From the NCBI GenBank assembly GCA_963824995.1, contig CAWGRK010000002.1, positions 186,001-250,000 on the forward strand: a DNA stretch of 64,000 nt. Reading direction: 5' to 3'. The notes beneath the pieces were generated by a model. That model had not been told where the DNA came from and made no database searches. It worked only from the letters and a program-made list of their open reading frames with translations. Each line of letters opens with the position of its first letter. Position 1 is the stretch's first letter. The stretch comes from an uncultured Actinomycetes bacterium (GTDB lineage Bacteria; Actinomycetota; Acidimicrobiia; Spongiisociales; DATADW01). A program made the position numbers and the translations under genes. Below are positions 22,034 to 31,303 of the stretch, piece after piece.

Positions 22034-22102
22034 GACGGCAGACGGCAGACGGCAGACGGAATCTGTCCTTCCCCAGGAGGGGGGAAGGGGCCCGCTGCGG
22101 AG
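22034..22102 (-). repeat. (GACGGCA)3-GACGGAA heptamer array plus truncated inverted copy of the palindromic repeat
   Basis: Array at 22034-22061. GGGAAGGGGCCCGCTGCGGAG at 22082-22102 is the reverse complement of the CTCCGCAGCGGG..CCTTCCC half of the 20045 and 48497 copies. Confidence 0.8.
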
Positions 22103-22289
22103 TACGAGGGCCTTCTCTTCGCCGAGCAGAGGGAGGCCACGACGGCGTCGTGGGGGAACCCGTGGTCCTTTCTGGCCGACCGAGGAGTCGTTGATCTCGA
22201 TGTTCCACGAGGCCGGATACCACGAGGTGTATCCCCTCGCTCCTCCATATGAGCCGGAGCGTCACCGCACCTTCTACGTCTGCTTCTGA
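22100..22289 (+). pseudogene. 3' remnant of a probable class I SAM-dependent methyltransferase gene
   Basis: Manual translation gives EYEGLLFAEQREATTASWGNPWS(+1 T)FWPTEESLISMFHEAGYHEVYPLAPPYEPERHRTFYVCF*. There is no start or N-terminal domain. The family is recognised from the SWGN..SFWPT.ESL..M...AG pattern only. Confidence 0.45.
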
Positions 22290-22308
22290 GCCGTCCTCAC
22301 CAGGACGC

Positions 22309-23367
22309 CTATCGGTCGTCGAGCAGGCGATCCAATGCCCGGTCGTTGGCGGTTTCTCGCTCTCGTAGGCGCTCCGTGACCCGCTCGACCGCCCGCTGAT
22401 GGCTCAGCGCCACCCGAGCAAGCCGGGGGAGGTCTCCGAAGGCGTTCGGGTGGTTGGCGACGAGCAGCGCCGCCGGAGCGGCATCCTCGGCGAGCGCGGC
22501 CACCTTGGGGGAATAGCCGATCAACACCGCGGGGCGGCCCGCCGCCAGCGCCGCCACCCCGCCGTGGTAGCGCATCGCCACCACCACCTGACCCCGGGCA
22601 ACCTCGTCGAGAACACTCCCGAGCCCCGGGACCGCCTGCTCGGTGGGTGTCTTCATCCTCTCGGCGACCTGCCTGTGGACGAGGTCGTCGCGTCCCCGCT
22701 GCATGGCGACGAACCGGGTCGTCAGGCCGAGAGCCTGCGCTGTCTGGTCGAGGGCTACCGACATGGCGTCAACCCATCCTGGGTCCGGTTCCGCCGGGCC
22801 CGACCCCACGGGGAGCAGGCGACCGAGACGGCCGCGATGACCGACCGGTGGCCGGAGACACACCACGAGACGGTCGGCGCCGGCTGCCTCCACAGGCAGC
22901 GACAACACGGGGTCGGCGGCCAGGATCGGGGAAAGCCCGAGCCTCCGCAGGGCATTTAGCGAGGGTCGGTCCCTCACGGTCACCACCATGGCCGGGGCGA
23001 GTGAGCGCCGCACCATCGCTCTCCCCGACGAAGAGCGGAGAGCCACCGCCCCAACGGCTAGAACCCCGAACGGAACCCCTCGCAACCGTCCCGACCAGAC
23101 CCTGGAGAGGTGATAGGGCAGGTTCCAAACACTGGTCTCGTCCTGCAACACCTCGCCACCACCGAAGATCAGACGATCGGGTGGCCTGAGCGGCAACGAG
23201 GCAGCACGGATTGCGGCGACCGGGTGTTCTCCGCTGGTGGATGTCGGATCGACCGAAACCGCTGCCACCTCGACCCCTCGGAAGGCGAGTTTCCGGTTGA
23301 TGGCGGCGAATATCAGCTCGTCGCCGAGGTTGGAGGAACCGATCCACCCGGCGACGGCGACAAGCAT
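22309..23367 (-). CDS. Polysaccharide pyruvyl transferase (CsaB/WcaK family)
   Basis: GWIGSSNLGDELI, GGGEVLQDETS, VTVRDRPS, ADPV, AMRYHG and YSPKV motifs. TACTCT lies 6 nt before ATG 23367. Confidence 0.85.
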   Translation of the reverse strand: MLVAVAGWIGSSNLGDELIFAAINRKLAFRGVEVAAVSVDPTSTSGEHPVAAIRAASLPLRPPDRLIFGGGEVLQDETSVWNLPYHLSRVWSGRLRGVPFGVLAVGAVALRSSSGRAMVRRSLAPAMVVTVRDRPSLNALRRLGLSPILAADPVLSLPVEAAGADRLVVCLRPPVGHRGRLGRLLPVGSGPAEPDPGWVDAMSVALDQTAQALGLTTRFVAMQRGRDDLVHRQVAERMKTPTEQAVPGLGSVLDEVARGQVVVAMRYHGGVAALAAGRPAVLIGYSPKVAALAEDAAPAALLVANHPNAFGDLPRLARVALSHQRAVERVTERLRERETANDRALDRLLDDR

Positions 23368-23437
23368 CGGGCGAGAGTATCGGTCGGTCGTTTGGAAACC
23401 GGGCACGGCCTACCCTGCGGTTACCCTCGTCCCGGCC

Positions 23438-24898
23438 TTGGCAACCACCGCCACCCGCTCACTCCCCGTCGATTCCGGTCGCCGCACGCTGCCCTCATGG
23501 TGGGGATGGGTGGTGGTCGCCCTGATCGTCCTGGCGACCCTGATCACCTGGCTGCCGGTGATGGACCTCCCATTGGGCGATACCAACGAGGGCCGGATAC
23601 TCGCCCGGTTGGCGATCCACGCCCAGAACTTCTGGGAGAAGGGCCCTGCCGGATCGGCTTGGGCGACGGACTTCTCCCCATATCAACTGGTCACCAATTA
23701 CGCCCACCATCCACCCCTCACCAACCTGGCCCATGTGGTGGTCGCGGGAACACTCGGACAGGCCGAATGGCAACTCCGGCTCTTCGGTTACATGTCCGGT
23801 CTGGCGACACTGGTGCTCATCCCGGCGATGCTCCGCGCCCTCCGCGTGGAATGGGGCCCGACCCTGATCGCCACCGGAGCCCTGGCGGCCACGCCGTTCT
23901 TCTGGGTCTATGGCAGGGTGGGCGGTGGCTTTGCTCTGGTGGCGGGTTTCGCCGCTGCGGTAGCGATGCTGCGGCGATTGCCCGACCCTCCCCACTGGGC
24001 GGTGTGGGGAACCGCGGTGCTGGCCGTTTTCACAGTGATGCTCTCGTGGCTGGCCGGAATATGCGCCGGTCTGCTCTGGATTTGGCTGGCAACCGCCCGG
24101 CGCTTCGACCGGGTCACCATCCCGGTTGCGGCTGGCGGTCTCCTCGGCGCTGCCCTGACCGCCGCTTGGATGCTTCAGGCCACGAGGTTCATTGAATTGG
24201 TCAACGCGGCGAGAGAGCGTTCCGACACCTCTGCGTTCACCTTCGGCGAGTTCCTCACCGAGCAACTCGAGCACGCCCGGGCACTCCTGCCACTCTGGAT
24301 CTTGATCCTGGTCGTCCCGGCGCTGGTTGCCGGGTTGTGGGATCGCCGAACCCGCGTGGTGACCGGGATCACGCTCGGGGTCGCCGCTTTCTGGACTTTC
24401 GCCCCCCAGCAAGGCGCTGAGGCCCATACCTACTGGAACTTCAACTGGATGCTGCCGATCACGATCGGCCTGGCAGCTCTCTGCGCCGCCGTTTCCCGCT
24501 GGTTGCCGGGACTCTGGAAGGGGATTGTTGGGTCGGTTGCCGCCGCCGCCGTCCTGGCGACTTTCATCGTCACCGTCACCGGCCCGTACCAGAACCGCGA
24601 ATTCATCCGAGGATCGGCCGCCGGTGCACTGGCCCGGGGCCACGAACCGTCACCCGCTCCACGCCAATTCGTGATCGGGATCGATGGGCCACGGTGGGCG
24701 TCCTGGTACTGGGATCGCCGGATACGCGAACTCACCCCCGATCGGCTCCCGCAAGCCGGTTCCGAAGCCTTGGTGGTGGCGAATCTCGATCGACTCCCAG
24801 GCTGGCTCCCCGACGACATCGCCGAGGTCGCCATCGACCAGGAGGGGGACTACGCCCTGTTCACCGTCAGCGACCTGCGGCGCGCCATCACCGACTGA
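23438..24898 (+). CDS. GT-C-like (family 39/ArnT-like) membrane glycosyltransferase, paralog 1; start uncertain
   Basis: LGDTNEG, YAHHPPL and TPFFWVYG motifs; many transmembrane helices. Confidence 0.6.
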   Translation: MATTATRSLPVDSGRRTLPSWWGWVVVALIVLATLITWLPVMDLPLGDTNEGRILARLAIHAQNFWEKGPAGSAWATDFSPYQLVTNYAHHPPLTNLAHVVVAGTLGQAEWQLRLFGYMSGLATLVLIPAMLRALRVEWGPTLIATGALAATPFFWVYGRVGGGFALVAGFAAAVAMLRRLPDPPHWAVWGTAVLAVFTVMLSWLAGICAGLLWIWLATARRFDRVTIPVAAGGLLGAALTAAWMLQATRFIELVNAARERSDTSAFTFGEFLTEQLEHARALLPLWILILVVPALVAGLWDRRTRVVTGITLGVAAFWTFAPQQGAEAHTYWNFNWMLPITIGLAALCAAVSRWLPGLWKGIVGSVAAAAVLATFIVTVTGPYQNREFIRGSAAGALARGHEPSPAPRQFVIGIDGPRWASWYWDRRIRELTPDRLPQAGSEALVVANLDRLPGWLPDDIAEVAIDQEGDYALFTVSDLRRAITD

Positions 24899-24927
24899 GC
24901 CGCCGGCAGTCGACGTACCCTCGCCTG

Positions 24928-26373
24928 GTGACGCCTGTTCTCCAGCAGACCCGGGTCTCGGTACCGGTGGTGCCTGGTGGGAGTCGTGCATTCCGATGGG
25001 GACCATGGAGTCTGGCGGCTCTGACGGGGGCGATGCTGCTGACGTGGCTGCCCCAGATCGGTTTGCCGTTGGGCGACTCGCACGAGGGTCGGATCCTGGC
25101 CCGACTCGGGATGCAGGCGGCGAATGTGTGGCGGTTGGGGTTGGTGGGCTCGAGGTGGGGAACGTCACTCGAGCCTTACGACCCGAACGGGTTCTACGCC
25201 CACCACCCGCCGCTGATCAACATCCTCCATGTCATCGCCGCAGGGATGCTCGGCGGCGACCAGCCATGGCACCTCCGCATCCCCGGCTATCTGGCGGGTC
25301 TCGCCACGCTGGTGGCGGTGGCTTTGCTGCTGCGGGCGCTGGAGCTTGGGTGGGCACCGACGCTTCTTGCGGTTGGTGCGATGGCGGCCACCCCCATGTT
25401 CTGGATCTACGGCCGCCTGGGCGCCGGGTTCTCCGTGCTGGCTGGGTTCGCCGCAATCGTCGCCCACATCCGCCGAGTCGAGCGACCGGGCCGCGGAGTG
25501 GCGGCGACCGCCGCAGCGCTGGCCGCCCTCACGGTTCTGCTGTCTTGGCCGGGCGCGATCGGGGGCGCTCTGCTCGGGGCGTGGTTGTGGCGACGAAGGG
25601 GCCTCGACCGTATCACCCGCCTGGTGCTCGGAGGGTGGTGCTGCGGCGCCCTCCTCCTTGTTGTCTGGCTCGCCGGGTCCGGAGGCGGCGCCGATCTCGT
25701 TACCCGGGCGAGCGACCGGATCGCCGCCATCGACCCGGCCAGGTTTGTCGAGCGTCAGTGGTGGTTCGCCACCGAGTTGTTCACCTGGTGGTGGCTGTTG
25801 CTGGTCATCCCGGCACTGGTAGCAGGGTTTGGTGACCGCCGAACCAGAATCCCCGTCGTCATCACGGCATCCCTTTCCGCACTTTGGACTCTCGTGCCCA
25901 CCGATGCTTCCTTCATCCACGATTACTGGAACCTCACGTTTCTCCTCCCAGTCACCCTCGGTACCGCCGCTCTCGCTGACATGATCACGAGGAGGCTCGC
26001 TCGTGGACGGGCCGTGACCGCGGTGGCCGCCGTTGCCCTGACCGCCGCTCTGGCCGGCGTTGTCATTGGGACCTATCCGGAGCGCTACTTCGTGACCCCT
26101 TCCCAGGCAGGGGCCCTGCTCCAACAGGTGCCGCCCCGGCCCGACATCGAGATGGTGGCGGTGGGCGCGGAGATCTCCCTTGCACGTTGGGCGTCCTGGT
26201 GGTGGTCGGCACCGGTGTTCGTCACCACCCCGGGCAACGTCGGTTGGCTCGACCCGGCGACGCCGGTGCTGGTCCGGCCCGAGGATTGGGGCGTCGACCC
26301 CTCTGCGGTACTCGCCGCTCGCGGCGATTACGCCCTGGTGAGCGCGGGGTCCTTGGCGGTCCAACAGCGCTGA
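24928..26373 (+). CDS. GT-C-like membrane glycosyltransferase, paralog 2
   Basis: LGDSHEG, YAHHPPL, TPMFWIYG and HDYWN motifs, colinear with paralog 1. TACCCT lies 6 nt before GTG. Confidence 0.6.
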   Translation: MTPVLQQTRVSVPVVPGGSRAFRWGPWSLAALTGAMLLTWLPQIGLPLGDSHEGRILARLGMQAANVWRLGLVGSRWGTSLEPYDPNGFYAHHPPLINILHVIAAGMLGGDQPWHLRIPGYLAGLATLVAVALLLRALELGWAPTLLAVGAMAATPMFWIYGRLGAGFSVLAGFAAIVAHIRRVERPGRGVAATAAALAALTVLLSWPGAIGGALLGAWLWRRRGLDRITRLVLGGWCCGALLLVVWLAGSGGGADLVTRASDRIAAIDPARFVERQWWFATELFTWWWLLLVIPALVAGFGDRRTRIPVVITASLSALWTLVPTDASFIHDYWNLTFLLPVTLGTAALADMITRRLARGRAVTAVAAVALTAALAGVVIGTYPERYFVTPSQAGALLQQVPPRPDIEMVAVGAEISLARWASWWWSAPVFVTTPGNVGWLDPATPVLVRPEDWGVDPSAVLAARGDYALVSAGSLAVQQR

Positions 26374-26447
26374 GGCTTGGCACAACTCTTCGTGCAGAAC
26401 CAAGATGCCGGGTGGGGCCGTAGGTGACGAGAAAAGGTAGGAGTCGC

Positions 26448-28124
26448 ATGCGACGTCTCGTGCTCATCCTGGTTGTGGTGTCCATGGCGGCGGTCGGAGC
26501 GGCGCCCGCCGGCGCTCAGGAGGTTCCGCCCGGGGGAACCTTTTACGACGACGATGGCAACGTCCACGAGGGTGCGATCGAGGCGATCGCCTCCCGCGGG
26601 GTGACACTGGGCTGTGACCCGGACGGGACCATCTACTGCGTCGCCGAGTCGGTCACCCACGACCAGATGGCCTCCTTCCTCGCCCGCGCCTTCGAACTGG
26701 CCGCTGCGGGACGGGACTTCTTCCCCGACGACGATGGCAACGTCCATGAGGACAACATCAACCGGCTGGCGGCAGCGGGGATAACCGAGGGTTTCGACGA
26801 CGGGACCTATGGCCCGCGGCTTCCGGTGACCCACGAGCAGATGGCGAGCTTCCTCGCCAGGGCGCTCGAGATTGACCCCGTGCCAGGCGATGTGTTCGAG
26901 GACGTCTCCGGCGTCCATGAAGGCAACATCAACGCCCTGGCGAGGGCGGGGGTCACCGAGGGATGTGACCCGGCCGGGAACTTCTTCTGCCCGAAGGACC
27001 CGGTGCGTCGGGACCAGATGGCATCCTTCATCGCCAGGGCGAGGAACTGGCCAGAGATCGATCCGCCCGAGTTCCGGTTGTCGTTGGAGAAGCTTCCCGG
27101 CAGCTTCGCCAGCCCACTGCTGCTCACCGCGCCACCCGGGGACGACCGGCTCTTCGTGATGGAGCAGGGCGGTCTCGTCAGGATCATCGACGGCGGCCAG
27201 GTGTTGCCCGAGCCGTTCATCGACCTGAGCGGGCCGGTGCTGAGCGGTGGTGAGCAAGGTCTGCTCGGCCTCGCCTTCCACCCGGACTACAGCGAGAACG
27301 GCCTCCTTTACGTCGATTACACCAACAACTCGGGCGACTCGGTGCTCTATGAGTTCGAAGTGTCCCCCGATCCCGACGTCGCCGACGCCGACAGCGGGCG
27401 ACTGCTCCTCGAGGTGGATCAGCCGTACGCCAACCACAACGGGGGTGGGCTCGCCTTCGGCCCGGACGGATATCTCTACTGGGGCCTGGGTGACGGGGGA
27501 TCGGGCGGTGATCCTCACGAGCACGGTCAGAACACCAACACGCTGCTCGGGTCGATGTTGCGCATCGACGTGGACAGCGGTTCGCGTTACGGCATCCCGG
27601 CCGACAACCCATTCGCCGATGGTCAGGGTGGCGCCGAGGAGATCTGGTCGTATGGGCTGCGCAACCCGTGGCGCTGGTCGTTCGACTTCGAGGAGCGACT
27701 GCTCTACATCGGCGACGTCGGGCAGAGCGCCTGGGAGGAGGTCGATGTCGTTCCCACTGGAGCACCCGGGCTCAACTTCGGGTGGAACGATATGGAGGGC
27801 TCCCACTGCTACGAGCCGTCCTCGGGTTGCACCACCTCCGGCCGGGTTCTTCCGGTGGTCGAATACGACCACGGAGTCGGACGATCAGTGATCGGCGGGT
27901 ACGTGGTCCGTGGCGGCATAGACCACCTCGAGGGGGTTTATCTGTACGGAGACCTCAACGGGAGGGTGTGGTCGTTCCGGCACTGGAAAAGTCGCGCGCT
28001 CGGGCATCGGGAGTGGACCGATCTGATCGGTAGTTCCGAGCCCATCTACTCGTTCGGCCAGGACTCCCAGGGGAGGGTGTACTTGCTGTCGGGGAGCGCG
28101 GTCTACCGCTTCGTGGGCAACTAG
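26448..28124 (+). CDS. Secreted protein with three SLH-like repeats and a glucose/sorbosone (PQQ-dependent sugar) dehydrogenase domain
   Basis: AGGAG RBS, signal peptide and N-terminal repeats. GEQGLLGLAFHP, NHNGG, GDGGSGGDP, YGLRNPWR and DVGQ motifs. Confidence 0.85.
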   Translation: MRRLVLILVVVSMAAVGAAPAGAQEVPPGGTFYDDDGNVHEGAIEAIASRGVTLGCDPDGTIYCVAESVTHDQMASFLARAFELAAAGRDFFPDDDGNVHEDNINRLAAAGITEGFDDGTYGPRLPVTHEQMASFLARALEIDPVPGDVFEDVSGVHEGNINALARAGVTEGCDPAGNFFCPKDPVRRDQMASFIARARNWPEIDPPEFRLSLEKLPGSFASPLLLTAPPGDDRLFVMEQGGLVRIIDGGQVLPEPFIDLSGPVLSGGEQGLLGLAFHPDYSENGLLYVDYTNNSGDSVLYEFEVSPDPDVADADSGRLLLEVDQPYANHNGGGLAFGPDGYLYWGLGDGGSGGDPHEHGQNTNTLLGSMLRIDVDSGSRYGIPADNPFADGQGGAEEIWSYGLRNPWRWSFDFEERLLYIGDVGQSAWEEVDVVPTGAPGLNFGWNDMEGSHCYEPSSGCTTSGRVLPVVEYDHGVGRSVIGGYVVRGGIDHLEGVYLYGDLNGRVWSFRHWKSRALGHREWTDLIGSSEPIYSFGQDSQGRVYLLSGSAVYRFVGN

Positions 28125-28128
28125 AGAT

Positions 28129-28181
28129 CCGTTTTGGCGTCACCAAACGAGGTGGGGGCGCGTTTCCTGACGCCAAAACGG
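28129..28181. repeat. REP-like perfect inverted repeat / hairpin
   Basis: CCGTTTTGGCGTCA (28129-28142) and TGACGCCAAAACGG (28168-28181) form a 14-bp perfect stem. Confidence 0.8.
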
Positions 28182-28203
28182 GTGAGTCCTAACCTCGGCC
28201 GGA

Positions 28204-31164
28204 ATGGAGCCGCCTCCCCCCACCACGCTACGCGGCAATCGCTGGGTCGATCTCACGCCCCCGCCGATGGGGGAGTGGACCCCAGAGCGCCCGGTCACCG
28301 TGGTAATCCCCTGTTATCAGGGCTCGGACAAGCTCGCTCTGACGGTGGCGGCGCTCGACCGCCAGACCTACCCGAGCCAACTGCTCTCGGTGGTGGTGGT
28401 CGACGACGGGTCTGACCCACCGCTGAGACCGCCCTCTGCCCACCGGGTCCGCGTCGAGATGGTCCGTCAGGAACGCAGCGGATTCGGTATCGCCCGGGCC
28501 CGGAACCTAGGCGCAGAGCGCGCCTCGGGTGACATCCTGATCTTCCTCGACAGCGACATGATCCCCGAGCCGCAGTGGGCCGAGGCACATGCCCGCTGGC
28601 ACCACCTGGTCGGAGACGCCCTCACTCTCGGGTTCCGGCGGCATGTCGAGGTGGCGGGGCTGACCGCCGCCGATGTGGGGATCGCGGCTGAATCCGGCTC
28701 GCTACACCAGTTGTTCGCCGGACGGCGCCAGGAGCGGCCCGAGTGGATCGAGTTCCATCTGGAGCGGACCAATGCGCTCACACGATCCGAGACCGACCTC
28801 TTCCGCGTGGTGACCGGTGGGAACCTCGGGATAAGGCGGCAGACCATCCTCGAACTCGGTGGGTTCGATACCGGCTTCGACCGATGGGGCGCCGAGGACA
28901 CAGAGCTCGGGTACCGGGCGTTCACCTGGGGAGCGCTGCTCGTCCCCGAGCGGCTGGCGGCGGCATGGCACCAAGGCCTCGGGACGCTGCCCGATCCCGG
29001 TGAGGCCCAGGCTCTCGAGGAGCAGCGATCGCTCCTCGCCCACCTCATCGCCGAGCCCAGCTTTCGTCCTCGGGTGGCGGGGCGTTCCTACCGGGTACCC
29101 ATGGTGGTGGTGAGGGTCGACGGCTCCGAGGCCGCGGCCGGGGATGTGGCCGGATCGGTCGAGTCGGCGGTGGGATCGCGGCTCCACGATCTGGTGGTAT
29201 CGCTCACCGTGCCCGACACCCACCCCGACGCTGTATGGCTGCGACGCCGCTACGAGGGAGATCCCCGGGTGCTGATCAGTGATCGGCCCGACGACATGGA
29301 GCGGGTGCCCTTCGCCCCGGTTCGGGTCTTGCTTCCCGCCGGGGCGCGGCTCACCCGGGGGGCGCTCGATCGGTTGCTCGATCGGCTCAGGGGACGGGAC
29401 GCAGTCGAAGTCCCATTGGGCAGCGCCACTCTTGTGGCCGCCACCACCGCAGCGTTGCGGCGAGAGGAGCGCCGCGGATCGCCCCATCCGTGGCTGACCG
29501 TGGAGGATCGGACGCGGGTGCCGGCGCGGCTCGTTGGCGTGCGGTCTCCATCACCAAGGATGGACACTCGGCGAGAGCTGCCGGGCACCTCGCCGGTGGA
29601 GAAGGTCCTCCGCCGAGCCAGCCGGATCCGCTCCCCCCACGATGCCGCCGCCGCTCTGCGCTGGGCATGGACTGCCGCCCGGCGTCGGACCGAAGCCTGG
29701 AGGGCTGCCCGGCTTGAGACGGAGGAGCCACTCGACGCAACGCCGGTTCTACGGGTGGCAGTGGCCGGGGGGCGGCTGTCCTTCCCTGGTGCGATCTCGG
29801 TTGTCGGGGGCTTGGTGGAGGACCCGCTCCCCGATCTGTTGGTGGTCGGCCCCGATGCCGCCCTGACGCCGGAGGAGTTGTTGCGGGTGGCGTCCGCCGG
29901 TGGTGCCGTGGTGTTCTCAGGTATTCCTGACCCCGAGGGCAAGGGGCGGATTGCTCCATCGCGAGACACGCTCCCCGCAGTCGACTCTGTGGAGTTCGGG
30001 CGGCGACTGGCAGGCATCACCTGGCGGCCAGTGGCACGATTGGTGGCCACCGAGAGCCCTTCCGACCTGAGGTCTGCCTTGGAGGCAGCCGCCAGGCTCG
30101 GGCTAGGCGTCGAGCTCGCCGGGGCAACGGCACCGGGGACATCGGTCTTCGAACTTCCTGCGGATTCGGCGGGGTGGGCGGAGTCACTGCGGTCGGCTCG
30201 GGTCGTATTCGACCACCCCGGGCTGCACGACTCGATCCGGTCCCGGGCGGCGCACCTCACCCGGATGGCTGCGGCGGCCGCTCCCCTGGTGGTGGATGGG
30301 CTCGACCCCGAGCTGGCCTCCCTCGTCGGCGATCGACTGGTGGAGGTGCTGACGACGGTAGACCACGTTGGATGGGACGACGCCACCACCCGTGAGCGGT
30401 GGATGGTCGACCTGCGCCACGCGGCACTGATCGAGCATGGGTCGGCGGCGCGGTTCCGACATCTCATGGCCGCTGGTGGTCGATCGGCGTCGGCGCCATC
30501 GGTCTCGGTGCTACTGGCGACCAACCGACCCGAGCAGATCGATCACGCCATCGGCCAGCTCGAGCGCCAGAGCTATCCCGAGCTCGAGGTGGTGGTCGGA
30601 CTCCACGGACCGGCAGCGGCAAGGGCGCACGATCTCCCTGGAGACATCAAGGTGATAGAGGCTGACGCCTCGCTGACCCTGGGCGAGGTGCTGCAGATGG
30701 CCGTTGAAGCGTCGAGCGGTGAGCTACTCAGCAAGGTGGACGACGACGACTGGTACGGGCCGGATCACATCTGGGACCTCGTGCTGGCGAGGGAGGTATC
30801 CGGTGCCGCCCTGGTGGGGAAGGGGAGCGAGTTCGTGTACCTGACCAGCTCGGAGACAACCATCCGTCGCTTCATCGGTGGTGCCGACACCTGGACCACC
30901 ACCATCGGCGGTGGGGCTCTGCTCATCGGCCGCCAACAGCTCGACCGGATCGGCGGGTGGCAGCCGCTGCCGCGCTCGGTCGACCGGGCGCTGATCGAGG
31001 ACGTGCACCAGGCGGGCGGGCGGGTCTACCGGACCCACGGTTTCGGGTACGTGCTCGAGCGCCGCGGCACGGGCCATACCTGGGAAGCCGAAGACAAGTA
31101 CTTCTTGGATCAAGCAGAGATGTCGTGGCCGGGCCTGGCGCTCGACATCGCGGGAGCGGACTGA
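28204..31164 (+). CDS. Multidomain GT2 glycosyltransferase
   Basis: N-terminal GT2 domain (VVIPCY, VVDDGS, ARNLG, FLDSD, WGAEDTE). Second C-terminal GT2-like domain (VSVLLATNRP, KVDDDDWYG). Confidence 0.8.
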   Translation: MEPPPPTTLRGNRWVDLTPPPMGEWTPERPVTVVIPCYQGSDKLALTVAALDRQTYPSQLLSVVVVDDGSDPPLRPPSAHRVRVEMVRQERSGFGIARARNLGAERASGDILIFLDSDMIPEPQWAEAHARWHHLVGDALTLGFRRHVEVAGLTAADVGIAAESGSLHQLFAGRRQERPEWIEFHLERTNALTRSETDLFRVVTGGNLGIRRQTILELGGFDTGFDRWGAEDTELGYRAFTWGALLVPERLAAAWHQGLGTLPDPGEAQALEEQRSLLAHLIAEPSFRPRVAGRSYRVPMVVVRVDGSEAAAGDVAGSVESAVGSRLHDLVVSLTVPDTHPDAVWLRRRYEGDPRVLISDRPDDMERVPFAPVRVLLPAGARLTRGALDRLLDRLRGRDAVEVPLGSATLVAATTAALRREERRGSPHPWLTVEDRTRVPARLVGVRSPSPRMDTRRELPGTSPVEKVLRRASRIRSPHDAAAALRWAWTAARRRTEAWRAARLETEEPLDATPVLRVAVAGGRLSFPGAISVVGGLVEDPLPDLLVVGPDAALTPEELLRVASAGGAVVFSGIPDPEGKGRIAPSRDTLPAVDSVEFGRRLAGITWRPVARLVATESPSDLRSALEAAARLGLGVELAGATAPGTSVFELPADSAGWAESLRSARVVFDHPGLHDSIRSRAAHLTRMAAAAAPLVVDGLDPELASLVGDRLVEVLTTVDHVGWDDATTRERWMVDLRHAALIEHGSAARFRHLMAAGGRSASAPSVSVLLATNRPEQIDHAIGQLERQSYPELEVVVGLHGPAAARAHDLPGDIKVIEADASLTLGEVLQMAVEASSGELLSKVDDDDWYGPDHIWDLVLAREVSGAALVGKGSEFVYLTSSETTIRRFIGGADTWTTTIGGGALLIGRQQLDRIGGWQPLPRSVDRALIEDVHQAGGRVYRTHGFGYVLERRGTGHTWEAEDKYFLDQAEMSWPGLALDIAGAD

Positions 31165-31190
31165 GGATTGCGTTGGTACACGGGTATTTC

Positions 31191-31294
31191 CGCCTCCCCC
31201 GGTGAGGGAGAGGGCGCGAGCAGAGCGAGCGAGAGGGGTAGTGCGGGCGAGAAACATCACTCCCCCCGGACCCCTCCCTCACCGGGAGGGGGCG
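31191..31294. repeat. REP-like inverted repeat between convergent genes (possible bidirectional terminator)
   Basis: CCCGGTGAGGGAG (31198-31210) pairs with CTCCCTCACCGGG (31274-31286), with imperfect extensions. Confidence 0.7.
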
Positions 31295-31303
31295 CCGACC
31301 GAC

